From Octopus bimaculoides (Eukaryota), in contig NC_068983.1 of assembly GCF_001194135.2 (NCBI RefSeq), positions 33,081,709 to 33,145,708 on the forward strand: 64,000 bases of DNA, read 5' to 3'. Positions 40,101 through 50,822 of the stretch are shown one piece after another (within the stretch, counting starts at the first letter, position 1; each line of letters starts with the position of its first letter). Under the pieces are notes generated by a model. The model had not been told where the DNA came from and did not search any database. It saw nothing but the letters and a program-made list of their open reading frames with translations. A program made the translations under genes and the position numbers.

Positions 40101-43100
40101 AAAGTAGTGACAAAAGAATGCAACATTTAGCAAGACAATGTGTTGGAGAGGACCTGTCTAATCTACACAAGCATGCAAAAATCATCATCATCAATTTAGC
40201 ACTCACTTTTCCATGTTTGCCTAAGAAGTCATTAAGGCAGATTTTCTATGACCAGATGCCCTTCCTGTCACCAATCCTCATTTGTTTCCAAATAAGGTAA
40301 TATCTTTCCATTACTGGACAGGCTTTCATGAAAGATTGGAAACTAATGATACTGCTTGTATAATGGCTGCACTCATTTACAAAACAAACGGAAGTAACTA
40401 AATACAGCATAGCATTTTGTCATGCACTCAGCAGATTTGCCCATCCACCACCCATGTAAATATTTCTAACATGAGCACAATACCATGATTTTTTTTCAGG
40501 GAAGCGGGGAATTTTTTTCAACCCTAAAACTTTTATGATTTCTACAAGGATGATATAATTGACCTCAGCAGGATGTGAACTCAGTATGTAAGGAACCTGA
40601 ATAAATATAACAATAACTGAATTGAGTAAAAATTACTTACACCATATACGATAAACTGGCCTGTAGAAACAGCAACTGCTTCCTGAAACACCACAACAGT
40701 AAGCATTACCTGAAAAATATAGAAGATTCAAACATGTTAGGCACAAAAGAGAATATTAGAAGGAAAATTTAAAATTTATGCATGCAGCCACTTGGGTGCA
40801 ACATAGAGTAAGCTTGGCTAAAATTTGAGACAACTGGTTTTTGCTTATACTAAGTACAAGATATGTGATCAAAACACCATGTAATGGGAAGGATGCTGTT
40901 TAATTATACACAAGGTGAATCTATTTTGTTATGTTTTGGAATAATGTAAAGTAGCTGATATCGAAAGAGTAATTAAGATAGTGTAGTGACTGGAACCTCA
41001 AGATAAATTGGCAGAAAAGAGATGAACAGGAGTCAACCAAAAATAGAATTTAAGTCATGGCTTCAACTGGTTCTGCAGGGCTCATTCCTACAGAACATGA
41101 TATATAACAATCATGAGCCAATGGAAGATGGAGTCACGGTGCAGTCACTTGCCCTGCTAGGAATAACAGTGAAATCACATTACATCCAGTTGGTGGGAGA
41201 AGGGACATTTAATGTCTGTTTTACCATTCTAGTACTAAAGTCTTCTTGAATAAAGTACCTTGCTATTATTTCAAGCTGGTTTGGTAACAGTATAAAGGAC
41301 CCCTCCTTAGCTCAGTGCTTGGAGTTCAGTTCTATGGGATTACATCATTCTTCAGTATAGGCATTTGTTGTACTAAGAAAATAAGAGCGGATTTGTTTTC
41401 TCCATTTTACTCCACTAAATTATGGAGATAAGTACCAACAAAAAAATGCTATTCATGGAAATAATCTGAATGAGCACAAAAATCCATCCATTTTCTTTGC
41501 CTACTATTCCTGGGATGGTTGTGGGAGTCAAATCCTCAAGGAACCACCTTTATAGGGTCCTATCTGAAGCAACTGCCATTGCACTTTCCAGATGGATTCC
41601 CAAGTGTGCCTAGCCAAGATAATCTAGGATATTATCTAATCATCGCATTTTTTGCTCACTCCTTGGGTTTCACACCAGTTGTTTCAGTTTGTAGAATTTG
41701 TCCTGCAATTCTTTCCTGCAAAATTCTAAACACGTTCATAGTACCAGAGCTATGAATTCTTAATGCGAAATAGTGGCTGGACTTGGATCTCCTAGCTATC
41801 CACCTAATCAGAAGTCCATGGGTTAAATTTCCAGCAAAAATTTAATTCTATGTTAATTTTCTGTTGACAATTTCTCTCAAATTCCTTTAAGATGACAAAT
41901 CTCACAAGGAGCAAAATTGGTTTCATTTTCAACTAACAAAATATAATAAAAACATGACAAGAGATATCATCTATGGGATTACATCATTCTTTGGTATAAG
42001 CTGAAAATAAATGCCATGGTGAAGTGAAGTTCACTTATTACATACATCTCTGTATCTACAAACATACACATTATACACACGTTACACATTCATAGTTATT
42101 GTTTTAAAAGCTGCAGACCAATAAACTGGACTGATTTCTGTCCGTGACATTTTTGGAAGCCAACTTCTATAAAGTAAATCTTATATTTAAGCAACGTTTA
42201 TGATTTCTCCAAATCTTAGCCAACAGAATTGACAGAATAACTAAATTGGCATTTCATTATCAACATTTAACCCTTTAGTGTTCAGATTACTCTGTTAAAT
42301 GTAATACTTTTTCACTCAAATTGTTTTGAATTAATCATGCATTATCTTGTAGCTTTGAGGTTTCAATGATGCGATTGTTTATTTTTAGAATGTCAATGTA
42401 GGTTAGGTGTGAGAGGCTAGATATCACCAGTTTGAATATAAAACGTAGAATATTTGGGTTGGATATGGTCGGTTTAAACACTAAAGGGTTAAAGGCCATT
42501 TTACATGGTGGCATGCGTTGGATGGTTTGACAGGAGTAAGGAAGCCAGAGGACTGCACCAGGCTTCAGTCATCTGTTTTGGCATGGTTCCAACAGTTGGA
42601 TACCATTCCTAATGCTAACCACTTTACAGAGTGTACTGGGTGATTTTTATATGGTGCTGGCACAGGTGCTTTTCTACATGGCACCAGCATAGGTGCATTT
42701 TATGTGGAGCCAGCACAGGTGCTCTTTCTGTGAATCCAGCATGGACGCTCTTTCTGTAAAGCCAGTAACCACAAGGTTACCAAGCAACTTGCAAGACAAG
42801 GATGTTTCAGCTAAGAGAGGAAGAAAAACCAAGTCAACTGGCAATGAGCTAGGCAAGAGGTTAACTCATAACCAAGAGACAGAGGTAGCTATCTTACTAC
42901 AGAGGAGATACTTGGTTATTACAGTAACAAAAGGAAGCAGAGGGAGGTGAGAGATAGAAAGAGAAAGAGTGAAGGTAAGAGAGAGAGAGAGAGAGAGAGA
43001 GGGAACAGTTGGGGAGTACAGAAATATGTATGTGAGAGGGGAAGTGGGGGTGTTATGACCATAAAGGACATGTTTGTATGTATAGATGGCCATAATTTTA

Positions 43101-46100
43101 CTGAGCTTGAAGTGTTTTCTGAAGCATAGCAAATCATCAAATATAATTTCAAAAGTCTTACAAGCTGAAAATAAATGCCATGGTCAAGAGCAGTTCCCTG
43201 ATTACAGACATCGCTATATCGATAAACATACACATTATACACATGTGTTACACATTTTATAGTTATTGTACGTTCTTTTATTTTTTCTGCTTTATATTTA
43301 TACGTTTTTCCAGTCAAGCCTACCCTCCTGTTCACACACAAAAAAACTTTAATTTGTCAATACGTCATTAGGTTCCAGGATGACCTTATATCTACCCCAA
43401 GGTTTAAAAACGGATAGCCTCAACCATATTGAATCTTGACACCTTATGAAGACAAAAATCTTTACTCTTTTCTAATGATCCACTGTCATTACGGTGGAGG
43501 CGCAACGGCCCAGTGGTTGGGGCAGCGGACTCGTGGTCATAGCATCGCGGTTTCGATTCCCAGACCGGGCATTGTGAGTGTTTATTGAGCAAAAACACCT
43601 AAAGCTGCACGAGGCTCCAGCAGGGGATGGTGGCGAACCCTGCTGTACTCTTTCACCACAACTTTCTCTCACTCTTACTTCCTGTTTCTGTTGTGCCTGT
43701 AATTCAAAGGGTCAGCCTTGTCACACTGTGTCACGCTGAATATCCCCGAGAACTACGTTAAGGGTACACATGTCTGTGGAGTGCTCAGCCATTTGCACAT
43801 TAATTTCACGGGCAGGCTGTTCCATTGATTGGATCGACTGGAACCCTCGACGTCGTAAGTGACAGAGTGCCAACTGTCATTACAAAAGCACTCAATGATC
43901 TGCACCCTATTAGTTGAAACTCCCGTTTTGACAATTTAACTTAAGTACTTAGTTAAAACCTCATCCTTATTTGAAATTTTCAGATTATTAATTTTATCTT
44001 TCAGGAGTCTTATTTCTCAACCACAAGGTCCAGTCCTTGTTGTAGTTTGTTGGCTTGTTTGCCTCAGTGACCAAGAGCTATATTACTGGGGAAGAAGTTC
44101 CTGGTAGGACTTCCCATGATGGACAAGTCAAAGAATTGAAACCAGATTAACATGAACCACATCCCAAAGATGAAAATAGCTTTGTTTAGGGTCAACATTC
44201 CTACTCAGAAGAAGGAAAAAAGGAAAGTTAGAGAAGCATTGATGGCAATTCAAAACCAACAAAACTTGGGAGAGGAACGTCTTCCTTCAAGTCCTTCAAG
44301 ATGGGACACTGAGGAAGAGCTGGAAAAGCAGAAATTCAAATGGAAAGAAGCAGAAAAGGCAGCCCAAGGTCAAGAACAGTAGAGAAATATTGTCTATGGC
44401 CAACATTCCATGGGAAGAACTTAATGGAATAGAAATCAATATGCTAGGTTGAGAGGAGAGGTATATATTATATCAAAGTTTAAATTCAACTGAGTGTCAC
44501 CCTTAGTTGAACTATGGGTGAAACTCAGAGTAGACTGTCAACTTTACTATAATATATAAAAGTATTGTTCATATTATACATTTATCAACTTACCAGTACA
44601 TAGAAAGGTACCACAAGTAATCGAAGCCTGTGTAAAAGAGAAAACAAAATAAACAGGAACTCGTTAATAGAAATTAAATAAATAAATGAATAATATCTGA
44701 TATTGCTTTAAAACAAGAACAACAAAATATTAAATTTGAATGTATTAACTAAAGCAGTTGCAACTGAAATTATTTTTGAGAAATATTGAAATATTAATAT
44801 TGCACATGAAAAAACAGTTTTAAATCATCCGAATTGTAGTGAACTTAGGAAGGATATATTAGACATCCTTGATAACATCTAAAGCAGTGGTTCTCAACCA
44901 TATTTTGTTTACGGAACCTCTTTGATTCCTACTTTACTGGACTTTCATAGCCATTCACTATATATAAAAACAAATTTTGCTGTATTTTTATAATTAAATA
45001 TTATTAAGAATTGTAAAAAAAAAAATTTTTATATTTTGTGTATTGTAGAAATGTAAGTCATTGCACATAAATTTTAACAACAAAATCATGTATGGAACCT
45101 CAACCCGACTGAATGGTATGAAGTTTCATCATATGTTAAGCATGGAGCGATTCTTATTGGAAGAGATATATCGTCATCATCATCATCATCGTTTAACATC
45201 TGCTTTCCATGCTAGCATGGGTTGGACGATTTGACTGAGGACTGGTGAACCAGATGGTTATACCAGGTTCCAGTCTGATTTGGCAGAGTTTCTACAGCTG
45301 GATGCCCTTCCTAACGCCAACCACTCCAAGAGTTTAGTGGGTGCTTTTACATGCCACCGGCACGAAGGCCTGTCAGGAGGTACTGGCAACGGCCGCGCTC
45401 GAAATGGTGTATTTTACGTGCCACCTGCACAGGAGCCAGTCCAGCGGGACTGGCAACGAACACGCTCGAATGTCTTACTCCATATGCATGATGCAATGAA
45501 GACTGGAATGAAATTCGTTAAAGAAAGTTCAAAAATAGTTTTTAGATCAAAGATCTGGGCTAAGAGTATGCAAATATGAAGGTTGACTGAAAAGTCCTTA
45601 AACTGACCAAGATACTCTCATAGAAGCTAACCAAATGAGGTTTATTTTTCAACATTAGTCCTCCTTGCAGTTTTCACACTTCTTCCAATGGTGTTGCAGT
45701 GTTGGATCCCATTAAGGAAGAAGCTTTCATCCTGTTGGTCAAAACAGTCAACAAAAGATATGACATCATCGCCACTGTGATACTAGTTCCCAATCAAATG
45801 AATTTTTTTTTTTTATGTGGGGGAACAGATCATAGTTGGATGAGATTAAATCATGGAAATAAGGAGGGTGATCAATCAGTTCAAAGCCACAATCACACAC
45901 AGCAACCATTGAAATGAACTTGTGTACAGGAGCATTGTCCTGATGAGACGAGACCCCTTTTTGTCAGTTTTCTGGGTGTTTAGTCTTGATAGCCTTTCAT
46001 AACTGCTTCAGCAAGTTGGCATGTACTTTCCGTTGGTAGTGTAGTCCTTTTGAAGATAGTTGAAACTGAGCTAGCATGTGTTAGATTAGAACCATCCAGC

Positions 46101-49100
46101 CAGTCACAACCATCATCAGCAGGGATATTAGTTGAAGTAGAATCAGACCTCTGACTGTTACTACCAACTCTTTTCTGGTGCCAGAGCTGTAGGTGACGAG
46201 CGACCTGCTGTCTATTCTGCTTACGTAGTGGAGGTGCAATAGCCCAGTGGTTAGGGCAGCGGACTCGCGGTCATAGGATCTCGGTTTCGATTCCCAGACC
46301 AGGCGTTGTGAGTGTTTATTGAGCAAAAACACCTAAAGTTCCACGAGACTTCGGCAGGGGATGGTGGTGAGCCCTGCTGTACTCTTTCACCACAACTTTC
46401 TCTCACTCTTACTTCCTGTTTCTGTTGTGCCAGTAATTCAAAGGGCCAGCCTTGTCACACTGTGTCATGCTGAATCTCCCCGAGAACTACGTTAGGGGTA
46501 TACGTGTCTGTGGAGTGCTCAGCCACTTGCATGCTAATTTAACGAGCAGGCTGTTCCGTTGATCGGATCAACTGGAGCCCTTGTCGTCGTAACCGACAGA
46601 GTGCCAACATTCTGCTTACGTTCATCTTCACTTAGAGTGAGCATTCTATTAAGTGGTGGTGATGGTGAAGCCCCATTCTGGATTGGAATTGCAGACTGTG
46701 AACTCACATTGCCAGAAGTGCCATTCTTAGCAAATACATCAGAAAATCTTGGAGAATTTATGCGGTGCTGGCAACCATTGGTGTGCATAGAAATCTGACA
46801 TAGAATGAGTCATGCCATGTTTATCATGTGGAGGGTTTTTAGAAGTGTGACCTATAATGTTGTTTAACATGTCAATGAGGTTTTGTAGGTTTTTCAGCTA
46901 TAGCAACAGAATCCATTGTAGCAGTTCCTGGGACAGTCAAAGATAGTTTTCTACCATCATTGCTTAAACTAATAGATAGGGATCCATGTAATTTCCCTTC
47001 TTCTCTGTGGCCTTTAGATTTTGTTGACACAATGCCTTTTGCATCCCAAAAGACTGAGGCCATCACCTTCCCAGCAGATAACACAACCTTAGCCTTCGTC
47101 GGAGAAGGTGAGGAGTTTTCCACTGCATGGATTGTCTATCTCTGGTTCAAAGTGATAACTCCAACACTCAACCTGGGTTTTAGAAATGTTCAAGGAAACC
47201 AGCTGGATCTGCCTCAAACAATGCCAGGTTTTCCCCAATGATATGATCAACCCGGTGTGCTTTTGATCAGGTGTCAGAAGACATGGCATCCACCAAGCAG
47301 AAACCTTCATTATGTCACATTCATGATGCCAAATATTCGCAACTCTTTCATGAGATATGCTACTAGCATTGGCTCCTTGATTTATAGTCAGTTGCCTGCC
47401 ATCCTTCATCATGTGACTGGATGTCCAAACTTAGGATCATCTTTACGACACTCCCTTACCCTCCTAAATTCAGCTGCCCACTTTTGCACTGTTGATAAAG
47501 CTGGAATGTTATTCCCTAATGTAGCAACAGGTCATGATGAATATTGTTGGGGGTTAAACTCTTGGCGAAGGTAAAGAATACACACACCCAGTATTTAGGA
47601 TAAGGGTTATCCTAAACACTGGGTGGTGTGCGTATTCTTTACCTCCCCCTAAACTCTTTTTCAGCAGGTACTTGATAACACTGCCAAATTTTGTCCCTTT
47701 TTAAGCGAAGTCCTTATTAGGGGGGTTTTGTAGTCGTCTGTGAAGAGTCAGATGTCAGTTTACCTGGAAAGAAACAATGCAGTCATTAATAAGATTTCAC
47801 AGCTCGAGCATCCCTCGAATAGAAAAAAATCAAATCATCAAACTATATTTGTATATGAAGTAGTATTTAATAAGTTGGGTTAGCGAAGCCTGGAGCAGAA
47901 ACAGACACACGGCAGCCTGTGAGATTTTATGAATGGCATGGAGATCTCAAGGACACAGTGAGGAACGCATGCGCCTGGCTCCGCGGAGCCGTCTTGAGGT
48001 CATTATCGAGGCTGAAGGAAGTTACTTTAAGTATACAGTTATCTCCCAGCCATAATCTAGTTGATACATGTTCGATTTTTTTTTTCTTTTAAATACGTTT
48101 ACTTTTGGATGGAATATTGTTTTCTTTTCCTTTTACACAAACTGTCAAATTTAGCCCTGTACATTGTGTGTAATATTCGGAAATGAACAACTGAACCCCT
48201 AAATGACTAACATGCTTGTTAAATATTTAGCCATTTAGAATCATTTTAATAAAAATTCAAAGTAAAATCATTTTACGTCCTGAAGCAAGATTTCCCCATT
48301 TAAACCTATTCTTAAAACAAGGTGACCACGTTGGGTTCATTTATTTATATATTTTTTTATGACGAGGAAACTTCTGATAACCATTTCGCTTTGCAGTGTT
48401 TAATTTTAGTGCTGATTTTTTCAAACACGCCCTATATCATTTATCTGATATTACATCTGATAAAACAAAAACTAATACTTTGTCACACAACTATAACCAT
48501 CTAACGTTAGTCAAATTCAGATTTGGGAACTGCAAAATATTTTAGACGCCCTCTTCCGACCCAGCTTGTTTGTCATTGGAGATAGTTTTAGATGTAATTA
48601 AACATTTTGCACTACTAGTATTGTAGATATTTTTGTATTGTTCATTATGGGGTCATTATTCTTCATAGATAAGAAAGAGTGATTATAGAGATTTAGCCGT
48701 GAATGTTAACAGGTCGATCAACCGTAGAGACGTTTCATTATGAAATAAACATAAATGTGAATAGAAAAAACACGGTAAATATTAACTACAGCAAAAATAT
48801 CCCTATGACAAACTTCCGCAACATGCCATTAAAAAAATCCGGAGTTGCCAAATTCCATCCATCCATAGATGAAAGGGAAAATTGATCTCTTCCAGCATTT
48901 TTGAGTATCCTTCTTTCATACAACGGAAACTACGGTTTTTTACGATTTCATTTAATTATTTTCAAAAGTTTTGTGACAATGAAAGATAAAAAGGATCTCA
49001 GCGGGATTTGAACCCAGAATGTAAAGAGCCTATCAAATACAGAAATAGTTCAAAACTGATTTCGTAAAGTTTCTGTTTGAAAAGCATGATGTAACCGGAC

Positions 49101-49716
49101 GTGGAGCGGTGATCCTACATTTTAACAAATCGAGTTTAAAACTGCCAGCGAATAAATATTGAGTATTGATTAGTATTACTGTATTATTCACTTATGTTTT
49201 AATGTCAATGATTAATAACATATAGGTTAAAGTTATTTATTGAAAAGTTGGAACAATTTTTTCTCCCAGCAACTAAGTTTGTTTTGTTTCTCAAAACGAA
49301 ATACCGGCAACAAAAGTAAATATAAAATATGTTCAAATATATTTAATTATAACAAGAAATATATTTCGTACACTCAAGACGTGTTCAAAACACCCTTATC
49401 CTACTGTTCTTTAATTAGATATCAACGAAAGTATTCCAAAATTTAACAGTATCGTATTTTGTCAGACAGTTTAGGTATCTTTTTTTAATGAGTTTGGAGA
49501 GATTTGACTGTTATTTTTAGCACGAGAAACCGCATCAAGACTACCATAGTACGTCGTCTGTTCTGACTGCGTTAAAAAATGACGGGACGGGGTTCAACAT
49601 TCCAATAACGAACGCAATTAATAAACAAATGAATATAAACTTACCTCCACGATAGTTGCAAAGTTGAGAAAAATAAGTGGAAAAGCTCCGTAGGCGAGTG
49701 AAAGACTTCCAAACAT
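28140..49716 (-). CDS. Five-exon gene for a 140-aa single-pass membrane adaptor, VOPP1/WBP1/Shisa-like six-cysteine class; join(49716-49645,44627-44594,40709-40641,31862-31642,28166-28140)
   Basis: All four introns are GT-AG with strong sites. Exon phases 0/1/1/0 are compatible and the CDS is 423 nt: MFGSLSLAYGAFPLIFLNFATIVEASITCGTFLCTGNAYCCGVSGSSCCFYRPVYRIWWFWFVWSLIFLGIISCSYLCYKRKYRNNQIIRATRVYGPPPNQPGAYVVGPYQGYNVPVQPLTTNPVAPPPYKMQAPPYTPN*. It has a signal peptide, a C-x4-C-x5-CC-x6-CC ectodomain, a WWFW + TM segment, a basic stop-transfer and a PPPY motif. Confidence 0.9.
29072..29281. mobile_element. piggyBac-type MITE
   Basis: TTAA|CCCTTTAGCAT ... ATGCTAAAGAA|TTAA. Confidence 0.75.
29524..29579. 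repeat. Short hairpin with TTAGGG-type loop
   Basis: 16-bp perfect IR ttaaatacagaggtcc / ggacctctgtatttaa; loop contains TAGGGTTAGGGTTAG. Confidence 0.8.
30322..30590 (-). mobile_element. RTE-type 3' tail
   Basis: Reverse complement of the tail seen at 21460-21600. Confidence 0.8.
31642..31862 (-). CDS. Exon 4 (221 nt, transmembrane helix and proline-rich PPxY tail)
   Basis: Acceptor tttgtttatattttcAG, donor ATG|GTAAGA; matches ORF-track entry 31612..31878. Confidence 0.92.
32076..32166 (-). mobile_element. Short tRNA-like SINE (91 bp) with (AAT)n tail and 8-bp TSD
   Basis: gggcatatggcgtagtggttaagagcgcgggctactaacccc...gagttcgattc; ATAGTCAT at 32068-32075 and 32167-32174. Confidence 0.85.
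32878..33113 (-). mobile_element. tRNA-derived SINE, relatively undecayed (CpG-rich)
   Basis: Reverse complement of the 13010/59495 family. Confidence 0.85.
37700..37990. promoter_or_regulatory. CpG-rich promoter-like island inside intron 3
   Basis: NRF1-like CGCATGCGCA 37892-37901 and TGCGCATACG 37938-37947; ETS-like TTCCGGAA at 37922 and 37958; not similar to any repeat in the window. Confidence 0.55.
39035..39246. mobile_element. piggyBac-type MITE
   Basis: TTAA|CCCTTTAGCATT ... AATGCTAAAGGG|TTAA. Confidence 0.85.
40641..40709 (-). CDS. Exon 3 (69 nt, NAYCCGVSGSSCCFYRPVYRIW)
   Basis: Acceptor ctatatttttcAG, donor GGT|GTAAGT; CC...CC pairs; ends in phase 1 to make the W of WWFW. Confidence 0.9.
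42271..42488. mobile_element. piggyBac-type MITE (opposite orientation to 39035)
   Basis: TTAA|CCCTTTAGTGTT ... AACACTAAAGGG|TTAA; internal sequence is the reverse complement of the 39035 copy. Confidence 0.85.
43493..43872 (+). mobile_element. tRNA-derived SINE with 11-bp TSD
   Basis: ACTGTCATTAC at 43482-43492 and 43873-43883; highly similar to 46227-46608. Confidence 0.92.
44090..44430 (+). mobile_element. Old RTE-like LINE RT 3' fragment
   Basis: KIALF...RLPSSPSRW..EELEK...AQGQEQ, resembling the GRPxxxW...AQDRxxW terminus. Confidence 0.55.
44594..44627 (-). CDS. Exon 2 (34 nt, ASITCGTFLCT-G)
   Basis: Acceptor ttttgttttctcttttacacAG, donor CTG|GTAAGT; supplies the first two ectodomain cysteines. 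Confidence 0.88.
44885..45110 (+). mobile_element. hAT (Charlie-like) MITE fragment
   Basis: CAGTGGTTCTCAACC end preceded by atctaaag; right end decayed. Confidence 0.55.
45175..45470 (-). mobile_element. RTE-type 3' tail
   Basis: (CAT)n followed by the reverse complement of the standard tail. Confidence 0.8.
46064..47022 (-). pseudogene. Host-like coding fragment (564 bp once the SINE is removed) inserted in the mariner
   Basis: GTTGA direct repeat at 46059-46063 and 47023-47027; after removing the SINE and one TSD copy the frame MHTNGC...LSEDERKQN|RQQVARHLQLWHQKR...THASS has no stop for about 110 codons. Confidence 0.65.
46227..46608 (+). mobile_element. tRNA-derived SINE with 13-bp TSD
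   Basis: ATTCTGCTTACGT at 46214-46226 and 46609-46621. Confidence 0.93.
47564..47649. mobile_element. 86-bp fold-back MITE with 9-bp TSD (Merlin- or Mutator-like)
   Basis: TAAACTCTT at 47555-47563 and 47650-47658; ends GGCGAAGGTAAAGAATAC / GTATTCTTTACCTCCCCC; almost wholly palindromic. Confidence 0.85.
47960..48010. promoter_or_regulatory. Small CpG cluster with NRF1-like site and 14-bp palindrome
   Basis: ACGCATGCGC 47965-47974; GGCTCCGCGGAGCC 47977-47990. Confidence 0.35.
49645..49716 (-). CDS. Exon 1 coding part (signal peptide MFGSLSLAYGAFPLIFLNFATIVE)
   Basis: ATG at 49716-49714, 24 codons, donor GAG|GTAAGT, phase 0, hydrophobic core. Confidence 0.85.
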
Positions 49717-50197
49717 TTTAAATTTAAAGAAACACAATATCCCAGTAATTAAAATGTCAATACAATATTTATATAAATGATATAGTACAACCTAACTAGA
49801 ATAATATACACGAAACACACACACAAAACAAAAACGAGTCGAGATGCTTTTGCGTCGTATAAAAAAAAATGTAAATAAAGAACTCTGAGTGAACGTGAAA
49901 GTTACTCCAGAAACAATAAATAGATAAATAAATGTTATTTTAATCGCTAACGATTGGTCAATTCATTTATCCTCTGATGTATGTGCGCGTGTGTATGTGT
50001 GTGAAAAAGAGAGTGAGACAGTAATGTACATGTATGTATGTATGTATGCAGGCGTAGGCTTGGCTGTGTTGTAAGCAGTCTGCTTCCAGGTTCAGTTCCA
50101 CTGTTTGGCACATTGGGCAAATATTTTCTGCTATAACCTTGGACCGACTAAACCACGTGGGTGGGTTCGATCGACGGTAACTGAAAGAAATTCGTCA

Positions 50198-50232
<35 letters not shown>

Positions 50233-50250
50233 TCTTTTACTTGGTTCAGT

Positions 50251-50822
50251 GGATCTATTTTAAAACGGGGGCCACATTTTTCATTAATGTTTTACGTAGT
50301 GTTTTTGGTACCGAAAGACTTTCAAACTTCGTATACTTATCTATTTTGTGTTATAGAACAGAAAAATACTTTTGTATTCGAATTTATTTCATGTAAAAAA
50401 TTGTCTTATTTCGATAATTTCAACCAATCACTGACGTATTCAGTTGTTTATATTTACTCCTTTGGCTGATTAAGCGATGTAAAGCGTATTTAATCTCCAT
50501 ACCTTCGTTTTATTTGCTTTTTTCATTTTAAATTTGCTTTAACCCTAAGCCTAACCCTAACCCTAAGGTTAGGGTTAGGGTTAATTGTTTCAGAATCGTT
50601 TGTTTATGTAGTCGGCACTTAATGGATATCGGCTGAATGGACGTCAGTGATTGGTTGAAATTACAGAAATACGACAACTTTAACATGGAATAACTTATGG
50701 ATTTCTTTTTTTTTAAAGAAGACTAAGAGAAAAAGATGTTTTATATGACACATTCTACCAGTGTTCCAAGTTTCAAAGTGTTTCGTTAATGAAAAATGTG
50801 GCCCCCGTTTTAAAAAAGATCC
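50251..50822. mobile_element. 572-bp MITE with 37-bp TIRs, internal IR and telomeric-repeat core
   Basis: TIRs match 36/37; TSD GGTTCAGT/GATTCAGT (7/8); perfect 22-bp IR 50416-50437 with 50641-50662; (CCCTAA)n(TTAGGG)n at 50539-50584. Confidence 0.92.

Larger units (their letters stand above)
45577..47815 (-). mobile_element. Decayed mariner carrying three nested insertions
   Basis: TA|tgaaggttgactgaaaag TIR at 45577; transposase remnants VIKYLLKK, LLTPDQK, SAGKVMASVFWDAKGIV, HQDNAP, DHPPY on both sides of the insert. Confidence 0.88.

Noticed and set aside
43493-43570. tRNA-like sequences (also 46227, 32100, 51590, 59830)
   Set aside because: SINE heads with TSDs and tails; acceptor stems do not pair, so not called tRNA genes
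47755-47780. tttctttccAG|GTAAAC recursive-site-like motif in intron 1
   Set aside because: Appears to lie in the mariner 5' UTR, so likely TE-derived; no independent support. Similar plus-strand AG|GT motifs at about 9418 and 36439 have no gene context
50539-50584. Interstitial telomere or chromosome-fusion scar
   Set aside because: Only about 6 units, enclosed by TIRs and a TSD, so it is internal to a MITE
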